A stretch of 64,000 bases of DNA from Eledone cirrhosa (lineage: Eukaryota). The stretch spans positions 69,366 through 133,365 of the forward strand of contig CAXHJY010001673.1 in assembly GCA_964016885.1 (NCBI GenBank), read 5' to 3'. Numbering within the stretch: the stretch's first letter is position 1; every line of letters begins with the position of its first letter. The notes under the pieces were generated by a model. It was given only the letters and a program-made list of their open reading frames with translations, was not told the DNA's origin and did not search any database. Position numbers and translations under genes: made by a program. This document shows positions 53,862-64,000 of the stretch, piece by piece.

Positions 53862-54218
53862 GAATAATCGAGTATCGAAAAATCGGCGCACGAGTTCACG
53901 ATAAACAAAATTCGAGATGAGCGGCAGATATACGCAGGGCAAGGAAATACTTGATTTTGGTGTCCCAGTGCATATAGCTGACTCAGGCGTGTGAAACCCC
54001 TGGTCTTTGATATTAGGACATAATTCTAGGAGAAGGGTAACAAATATAAAACTTGCAACTAGATGCCAACTAATGACTTTGACTTGAACTGATCTTCCTT
54101 CGTTTTGGACACCGTTCACCCTTGTTCAGGAATGAACCAGTGCAAGGCTTTCTTCATTTAAACAACTATATATATGGATGCTGGCCGACCGCCGCAACTT
54201 CTATTTTACTAACTCCAC

Positions 54219-54300
<82 letters not shown>

Positions 54301-54540
54301 GTATATGTATGTGTATGTATATGTATACACATATATATGTGTGTGTGTGTGTGTATATGTGTGTGTGTATGTATGTGTGTATGTATATATATATATGTGT
54401 ATGCATATGATTGTGTGTGTGTGTGTGTGTGTTTGCATGTGTGTTTATTTTTCCTTTCCTTCTTCCTTTTCCAGCCTCACTTTCATATAGATTATATTTT
54501 TGATTTTTAAAATCCAATACCAATAAATACACCAGGATTT

Positions 54541-54601
54541 TTTCATTCTGATGATTGAAAGCAAAATTTGTTTGCTTTTAAGAAAGCACTGGTAAATGAA
54601 A
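54541..54601 (+). ncRNA. Type I hammerhead ribozyme, family C
   Basis: UUUCAUU-CUGAUGA-UUGAAAGCAAA(auuug)UUUGCUUUUAA-GAA-AgC(acu)GGU-A^AAUGAAA. Compensatory stem I changes relative to 6620-6679, one stem III mismatch. Confidence 0.8.
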
Positions 54602-54826
54602 TAATTGCCTTATGTTGTTTATTACATAACTATATATATATATATATATATAACAGATTAAAGTTTAAGCAAAGAAAAGCTTTCACTCTTAACAGAATCT
54701 TTTGAAACTAAAATAATCAATCTGAGAACGCAGAAGTAAATATTTCAAAAAACGTTGCAACCAGAGGAAGACAGAAAGACGATACTTTGGTTCGTGGAAA
54801 CGTTCTCTGGCAAAGAACGGATAAAG

Positions 54827-54870
<44 letters not shown>

Positions 54871-54928
54871 TTTTAAGCTTGTTGAATCCCAACAAATTAA
54901 AAATAACCTCTGCATATATATATATATA

Positions 54929-55151
54929 TAACGAAGGAAATGTGGTAATGAACCAGGTGGACCATAACACACCAAAGTACTCAATACTTAGGGTAGTAGA
55001 GTGGGTACGAGTAGGACGAATAGGACTCCGACGGCTGAGCTCAAGCCGTTTCGACGGCTAATTCTAGACAGAATTAGCCGTCGAATTAGCCGTCCAGAAT
55101 TAGCCGTCGAAACGGCTTGACCTCAGCCGTCGGGGTCCTACTCGTTCCTAT
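54929..55151 (-). mobile_element. Family A hairpin/tail element with triplicated axis sequence
   Basis: Tail 54929-55005. gaattagccgtc occurs three times at 55071-55109 next to the axis. Confidence 0.88.
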
Positions 55152-55309
55152 ATATAGATATATATATATATATTTATATATATATATATATTAATATATT
55201 ATCTGTATTTATATAACCTACCTGACGCCCTTTGTACTTTTATGGTCAGGAACCTGTGGACAGGACGTCATCTATGATATGCACAGTTGAAGCCATCCCA
55301 AACCATCCG

Positions 55310-55410
55310 CGAGGTTAACTTTGCCTTTCATCCTTACGGGGTCGATAAAATAAAGTACCAGTAATGTACTGGGTAATTGCTGGCCTTGTGCCTAAAGTAG
55401 AAACAATTAT
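55310..55410 (+). mobile_element. SINE family 1, 5'-truncated
   Basis: cgaggttaactttgcctttcatccttacggggtcgataaaataaagtaccag...gtagaaacaattat. Confidence 0.88.
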
Positions 55411-55752
55411 GAGGTTCATCACAAACCGCAAACTAATCGGCCATATGAAAATTGTTGATCTGCTCAAAGCGGCAAAAATAGTTCTTATGATGCGCATTAT
55501 CAAAGGCGAAGTTCTGAAGTGGTAACACAAATGTCATTTTTAAACATGTATGGATGGCGGAATTCAGGGTTAAAAAGATAGGGGTAGACAACAGAGGCAC
55601 TGTGGAGACTGTCTAGAAATGGGCTGGTCTAAATTTATAAGAAATAAACGTTGCCACATAACATAGGAAACCTTTGAAGAAAGACTTGGGAGTGTTCAAT
55701 CTGCCGCACGCGGAAAGAGCGAATGATTATATATATATATGTATATAATCAG

Positions 55753-55806
<54 letters not shown>

Positions 55807-55811
55807 ATCAG

Positions 55812-55851
<40 letters not shown>

Positions 55852-56054
55852 ATCAGTAATTATATATATATATATATTTTTTTTCATTACCACTAAAAGG
55901 GGTCTAAGGAGCTGTGGATTACCAGAGTCGGGCTAGTAGATCGATACAGAACGACCCTTGAGCTGATCGGTGCCGAAACGTGCTTCACCAACCACTAAAC
56001 GCAATGAAGGTGTAACCACTTGTCCTTGTTTTACTTTATATATATATATATATA

Positions 56055-56132
<78 letters not shown>

Positions 56133-56387
56133 AGTGTGTATTTATATATATATGTGTGTGTATGTACATATATATATGTGTGTATTTATAGATATATATA
56201 TATATGTTGAAAAATGGATGAATAAACGTTTTAGATATATAAAAAGACATCTAAAAGAAGAAAAGTATATTGAATTCTACAACTCTTCTATAGCTTGAAG
56301 CAGACGTGCAGTGCCAGGATGGACTTACATATTGAACAACATGCATATATGATTACATATTCTAATACAATTTAGTGCAATAACAGA

Positions 56388-56446
<59 letters not shown>

Positions 56447-56518
56447 TATATTTTAATATATCATATATATATATTTGTATGTATGTACGTATATATATAT
56501 ATATATATTAATATATAT

Positions 56519-56576
<58 letters not shown>

Positions 56577-56698
56577 TATATATATATTAATATAATATAT
56601 ATATATATATGTATATATATATTAATATATATATATATATATAATATGCATGTGTATATATATATATATATATATTAATATATATATGCATATATATA

Positions 56699-56788
<90 letters not shown>

Positions 56789-56913
56789 TATATATGTATA
56801 TTAATATATATATATATGCATGTGTATATATATATATATTAATATATATATATATGCATGTATATATATATATATTAATATATATATGCATATATATATT
56901 AATATGAAATATG

Positions 56914-56985
<72 letters not shown>

Positions 56986-57067
56986 AAAAGAGAAATGAGA
57001 TGGAGTTGGAAAGTGTCAGTGATAGAGAGAGAGGAAGGAGTAAGTGAAAAGAGAGAGAGTGAGAGAG

Positions 57068-57115
<48 letters not shown>

Positions 57116-57439
57116 TTCTTTATTAGCCACAAGGGCGCAACAAGAAAGGGGACAATACAAAGACATGCCGGGGATTTTAGATATATAGATAGATAGATAG
57201 AGAGAGAGGTGTCTTTCAGTTAAAATAAGAGAGATGCAAATATGGTTCGTGGCGTCTTTCCATCTTTACCTGAGTAATGGTCGCTGTGGATAGATGCAGA
57301 AAAACCAGGAGAAAATCAAGATGGCAGCTTTGCCTAGAGGTTTTCGGTTCATCAGATTTTTTTTTTATCTCTTGTCAACATTTTTCGATAAAGGATAGCT
57401 GCGGTGACACAGAATAACGGTCTGGAGTATACGAGGCAA

Positions 57440-57607
57440 AATAATAATATTATTAATAATAATAATAGTAATAATAATAATAATGATGATGTTGATGATG
57501 ATGATGATGATGATTATGATGATGATGATGAGGAGGCGGAGGAGGAGGAGGAGGAGTATGACGAGGATACGATAATGATGAATATAATGATGATAATAAT
57601 AATAATG
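57440..57607. repeat. Compound trinucleotide microsatellite (AAT)(GAT)(GAG)(AAT)
   Basis: Direct reading of the sequence. Confidence 0.9.
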
Positions 57608-57626
57608 CAAATATTAATAATATATA

Positions 57627-57667
<41 letters not shown>

Positions 57668-57732
57668 GCATATAAGTGTCTATATATATATATTTTAACA
57701 TTACATATATATAACTATGTATGTCTCTCTCC

Positions 57733-57803
<71 letters not shown>

Positions 57804-57827
57804 TATACATATAATATAATATATAAA

Positions 57828-57872
<45 letters not shown>

Positions 57873-58658
57873 TAATATATATATATATATATTTATTTAT
57901 ATATATATATATATATAATATATATAATATATATATAATATATATATATATAATATATATATATGTGTGTGTATGTATGTATGTGTGTGTGTATGTATAC
58001 ATGTATGTGTTTATATGTGTGCAAAAAAAAAAAACGTAAGGGAAAAAGAACATGAATGAGAAAGGAAAACTGTCCGCGTGACATGAGTCAACAATGCAAC
58101 ATTTTCTCGTGGGAAGTTAGACTGTTTTTTGTCTGAAAATTTCGGCATCTCTTCTGGCAACACTTCTTATTCTTTTTGAGAGAATCGATTGAACTAATGC
58201 TTCCTAGAACGAAATATTTAGAAAAAAATAAAAATAATAATAATAAAGAAGCAACAATAACAACAATAATAAAGCAACAATAACAACAATAATAAAGCAA
58301 CAAGAACAAAAACAAAAAGCAGAATTAAAATATATAAATAAAATAATAGTAAAATACTAAAAAAAAAAAAAATGGTAAGATAAAATAAAATTGTAGCTTA
58401 CAAAAGGGAAGACTTGACAACCTGCTAGCTTTTCTACATTTTTTTTCTCTTAGTTCCTGGAAAATTTCCCGAGATAAACAGTTCTAATAGATTTTAGACA
58501 GAAAATTGATAGCTACGAGTGAAACGTAGGGGTAAAATGGAAGAAGAATAAAGGGGAGAGAACTAAAAAAAAGTAAGCCCAAAACAATAATAATGGTGAC
58601 TTTAAAGTAGTAGATTTAAAACATTACACACACACAAACAAACCCACACACACTCACA

Positions 58659-58745
<87 letters not shown>

Positions 58746-59098
58746 TCACACATACACACATATATATATATATATAGATAGATGTGTGCGTGTACGTGTG
58801 TGAGTTTATATTTATTTCTGTGAGTAAAAAAGCGGATGGTAAACTATTAGACTACAATAAAATGGATAAAATGTTTAATAATTTTGTTGTTAAATGTGTT
58901 ATTTAAACACGTTTACGAGCGATAAACTCGATAAACTGGTTGTATACACACACACATATATATATGCATACATACATACATTACACACATACATATATAT
59001 ATATCACACAACACAAATATATATATATATGTTTGTATGTATGTATATATATATATGTTTATATGTATATATATATAATATATATTATATAAATAAAT

Positions 59099-59166
<68 letters not shown>

Positions 59167-59344
59167 ATACATAGATAGATAGATATACGTAAATACAAAA
59201 CTCTACCACATTGATTAATTTTCTGCTGTCACTATTTCGAAAGTTAACGTAAGTTGTAAGTTATATGTTCAAAGCATGAGGAAAGGATAGCATCATTTCA
59301 GTTTCCAACCTCATATGTTTGACATTGAAATATGTTGGGTGTTG

Positions 59345-60640
59345 GTGTGCTGTGTGATGTATGCTATGTGATGTGTGCTGTGTGATGTGTGCTGTGTGAT
59401 GTTGTGCTGTGTAATGTATGCTGTGTGATGTGTGCTGTGTGATGTGTTTTCTGTTGTGTATGTTGTGTGTTGTGTGGTGTGTGGTTTGTGTTGTGTGATG
59501 TGTGATGGGTGATGTATGCTATGTGATGTGTGCTGTGTGATGTGTGCTGTGTGATGTGTGCTGTGTAATATATGCTGTGTGATGTGTGCTGTGTGATGTG
59601 TTTTCTGTTGTGTATGTTGTGTGTTGTGTGGTGTGTGGTTTGTGTTGTGTGATGTGTGATGGGTGATGTGTGCTATGTGATGTGTGCTGTGTGATGTGTG
59701 CTGTGTGATGTGTGCTGTGTGATGTACGCTGTGTAATGTATGCTGTGATGTGTGCTGTGTGATGTGTTTTCTGTTGTGTATGTTGTGTGTTGTGTGGTGT
59801 GTGGTTTGTGTTGTGTGATGTGTGATGGGTGATGTGTGCTATGTGATGTGTGCTGTGTGATGTGTGCTGTGTGATGTGTGCTGTGTAATGTATGCTGTGT
59901 GATGTGTGCTGTGTGATGTGTTTTCTGTTGTGTATGTTGTGTGTTTGTGTGGTGTGTGGTTTGTGTTGTGTGATGTGTGATGGGTGATGTGTGCTATGTG
60001 ATGTGTGCTGTGTGATGTGTGCTGTGTGATGTGTGCTGTGTGATGTACGCTGTGTAATGTATGCTGTGTGATGTGTGCTGTGTGATGTGTTTTCTGTTGT
60101 GTATGTTGTGTGTTGTGTGGTGGTGTGGTTTGTGTTGTGTGATGTGTGATGGGTGATGTGTGCTATGTGGTGTGTGCTGTGTGATGTGTGCTGTGTGATG
60201 TACGCTGTGTAATGTATGCTGTGTGATGTGTGCTGTGTGATGTGTTTTCTGTTGTGTATGTTGTGTGTTGTGTGGTGTGTGGTTTGTGTTGTGTGATGTG
60301 TGATGGGTGATGTGTGCTATGTGATGTGTGCTGTGTGATGTGTGCTGTGTGATGTACGCTGTGTAATGTAATGCTGTGTGATGTGTGCTGTGTGATGTGT
60401 TTTCTGTTGTGTATGTTGTGTGTTGTGTGGTGTGTGGTTTGTGTTGTGTGATGTGTGATGGGTGATGTGTGCTATGTGATGTGTGCTGTGTGATGTGTGC
60501 TGTGTGATGTACGCTGGGTAATGTATGCTGTGTGATGTGTGCTGTGTGATGTGTTTTCTGTTGTGTATGTTGTGTGTAGTGTGGTGTGTGGTTTGTGTTG
60601 TGTGATGTGTGATGGGTGATGTGTGCAATGGGATGTGTGA
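59345..60640. repeat. ~154-bp higher-order minisatellite (8 copies) built on a 14-bp gctgtgtgatgtgt subunit
   Basis: Marker ttttctg at 59447, 59601, 59767, 59921, 60090, 60245, 60400 and 60554. Confidence 0.92.
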
Positions 60641-60719
60641 TGTGTGATGTGTGATGTGGGATGTCTGCTGTGTGGTTTGTGTTGTGTGATGTGTGATGTG
60701 TGATGTGATGTGTGATGTG

Positions 60720-61000
60720 GTGCTGTGAGTTGTGTGTTCTGTGATGTGTGCTATGTGATAGTGCCGTGTGATGTGTGCCGTGAGTTGTGTGTTCTGTAAT
60801 GTGTGCTATGTGATAGTGCCGTGTGATGTGTGCTTGTGAGTTGTGTGTTCTGTGATGTGTGCTATGTGATAGTGCCGTGTGATGTGTGCTGTGAGTTGCG
60901 TGTTCTGTGATGTGTGCTATGTGATAGTGTCGTGTGATGTGTGCTGTGAGTTGTGTGTTCTGTAATGTGTGCTATGTTATAGTGCCGTGTGATGTGTGTT
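60720..61000. repeat. 55-bp minisatellite, 5 copies
   Basis: gagtt at 60727, 60782, 60838, 60893 and 60948. Confidence 0.9.
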
Positions 61001-61706
61001 ACGTGAAGTGTGATTTGTACTGTGTGTTATGTGATGTGAGCTGGGTGTTGTTTGATGTGTGCTAGGTATTGTGTGTTGTGTATTGTGTGCTATGTGTTGT
61101 GTATTATGTATTGTGTATTGTGTGTTGTGTGCTGTGGTTTTGTGTGCTGTGTTGTGTGCTTTATTTTCTGTATGGTGTGTTGTGTGGTATCTGTTGTGTC
61201 CTGAATTAATATATAATAGTTATTTGGTTTGAAAATAGCAGGGCCTAGTGTGTTGGATATAGGTTGTCACCATCATGAGGTCTTGGACTGATTTCCTCGA
61301 CAGAACGTTGTGTTGAGTTCTTGAGCATAACGATTCATTTCCTGTTACCTACCATGATATGACAAGGGCTCGTATGATTAAAACATTCGAGAAATGTACA
61401 ACTCAATTTGTTTAATTAAATCGTCAGTTGTTTCTTTTAGATTACTACATTAAATAAATAAATAAATATATTTATTGGGTTTAAGCAAAACGTGTCCCAG
61501 AGGTTTTGGTGATGGACGTAGGAATATAAAGTCAGGGTTTCTAATCACGGATCGGAGAATGCGATGTGTTCTTTAACAAGTTACTTCATTCTACATTGGT
61601 CTTCATGATAAGATTGGCACCCCTATCGTTAAAACTCTGCAAGGAACTTCCTATGAAGTACATCAGTGCATCCTCGTAAAAGGCATATATATATGCGTAT
61701 ATATGA

Positions 61707-61770
<64 letters not shown>

Positions 61771-61776
61771 TGTATG

Positions 61777-61808
<32 letters not shown>

Positions 61809-61903
61809 TGTATGTATGTATGTATGTATGTATGTATGTATGTATGTATGTATGTATGTATGTATGTATGTATATGTATATACATATATATGTAATGTGT
61901 GTG

Positions 61904-61951
<48 letters not shown>

Positions 61952-61969
61952 TATATATATATGTATATA

Positions 61970-62019
<50 letters not shown>

Positions 62020-62258
62020 TGTTTTTGTATATATATATGTGTATGTATGTATGTATATATGTATATATATATATATATATACATATATATACTTTGAAAA
62101 CCTTGATAATATAAAAACGATAATTATAAAATTTCAGCAGATGATGACGTTGACATAGCTGTCATCGCTCTGGAAATAACTGGACAATTATTTGTGGATT
62201 CATTATATATACACACACACACATAGACACACACACACACAGATACACACACACAGAT

Positions 62259-62368
<110 letters not shown>

Positions 62369-62410
62369 GAAAAGTATAGAAATTATTGTAGCAAGAAACC
62401 ACAGTATTCC

Positions 62411-62474
<64 letters not shown>

Positions 62475-62515
62475 TATACATATATATATACATATACATA
62501 TATATATATATACAT

Positions 62516-62567
<52 letters not shown>

Positions 62568-62568
62568 G

Positions 62569-62618
<50 letters not shown>

Positions 62619-63093
62619 CACACACACATATATATATATTTATATATATATATATATGTATATATGAATTATTCATTTTTTACCAACTAATCGTGGATCT
62701 ACTACTACTTACAAGCTGGAAATTCAACACTACTGATAGCAATAGAAACATCGCTTAGTAAAACTGATCAGATTTCACCCAATGGCCGGGGAAGATTTTA
62801 CACGCCATTTGAAAACACGCAAACATTATGATGCATGCAACATTATCAGAAAATAACTGAAGGGAAAATAAAGAATATTGTTACTGTGAAATTCTTTGAC
62901 ACAGACCGTCAAAAACTGGAATTGTAAGCAAACCTTAAACATTGTAAGCTGGCAATAGTTAGTTTCATAGGATAATCTTTGTAGCAAACTCTATCATACT
63001 CGTTAAACAGTTAGAATTCTTTCTCCAAACATACCTCCACCCACTATTGTCTCTCTCACACTCTCCATTCTCCCCCTCTCTCTCTCTCTCTCT

Positions 63094-63147
<54 letters not shown>

Positions 63148-63752
63148 ATCTTCTCTCTCTTTCTCTTTCTCAACAACTGAAACTTTGAGTATATTTACTT
63201 TACTTCTTTTGATAGCTTTGATGTTGTCAAAGGTACTTAAACTATTCGTTATTGTATTTCTAATGAAGGTCACTGCCTCTTCTCATTATGAAGTTTATAT
63301 TTAGAGTATAACTTAATACATTCTCTTATATAAAATCATGATGGAAGAATGTTTAGATAAATATAAACGATTAAAAGCGGTAGTTTCATATAATAGAGAC
63401 AGCATCGGTTTCATGCGGTTTGTTATCAACCAGGTTAAAGAAGAATAGTTTGCCCTCGTTGACGAAGGAAATACATTGTTATATGCTATATTCAAGCCAT
63501 GTCTTGCACAAATACAACCAGAATTCCAGTTAATAGCCATCTCTAAATAAAGTGTGCATTGGTAAAGTCGTTAGAACGTCGGATGAAATGCTTTGCGGTG
63601 TTCCTTTAAAACTTCTTCCCCCGAGTTCGATATATAATTTGACATTCACCCCTTCAAGTTTATATATATAAAGTTGCAATAAAAAATAGTGACGTTCCTT
63701 CCTCTTTGTGCCTCTTTCTTTCTTACATTTTCTCCTTTTACTCTAGATAATA

Positions 63753-63824
<72 letters not shown>

Positions 63825-64000
63825 GAATAGCTTTCACCGTATTTTTGACTAAAGAAATTTTAGCCTGATAATGGGGTTTAGAACCCTCAGATAAATGGAA
63901 AAAGATAAGTATTGACGTACCAAAACATACTTACTTGTCATATATATATATATATATATATATATGTCAGTAAGCAGATGATACACGGTGCTGCTACTCG

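Noticed and set aside
57404-57814. Acidic poly-N/D/E protein
   Set aside because: Compound trinucleotide microsatellite running into (TA)n.

Overview
AT-rich, microsatellite-saturated, repeat-dominated eukaryotic DNA with no convincing host protein-coding exon. Nearly all listed ORFs are translations of (TA)n, (CA)n or (GA)n tracts. The tRNA-derived SINE families look like those of octopus genomes, so a cephalopod intron or intergenic region is my inference. Recognisable elements are RTE-type LINE 3' ends, one R4/Dong-type RLE LINE sitting in an (AAT)n tract, many SINEs, a hAT MITE and two minisatellites. The main signal is a dense population of short (100-600 bp) elements inserted in (TA)n tracts. 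Many have the layout inverted arm + forward arm + unpaired 3' tail. They carry type I hammerhead ribozyme (HHR) motifs of the form stem I-CUGANGA-stem II-GAAA-stem III-UH-stem I. I folded by eye about 8 intact or near-intact loci and more than 10 degenerate or truncated ones, from several families unrelated in sequence. Most have a palindromic stem III, one family shows stem I covariation, and six families share a GAGTRC(T/C) motif about 42-60 nt from the 3' end. These are best read as Penelope-like retroelement pseudo-LTR remnants or non-autonomous ribozyme retroelements targeting (TA)n. No search or folding program was run, and element boundaries are approximate.
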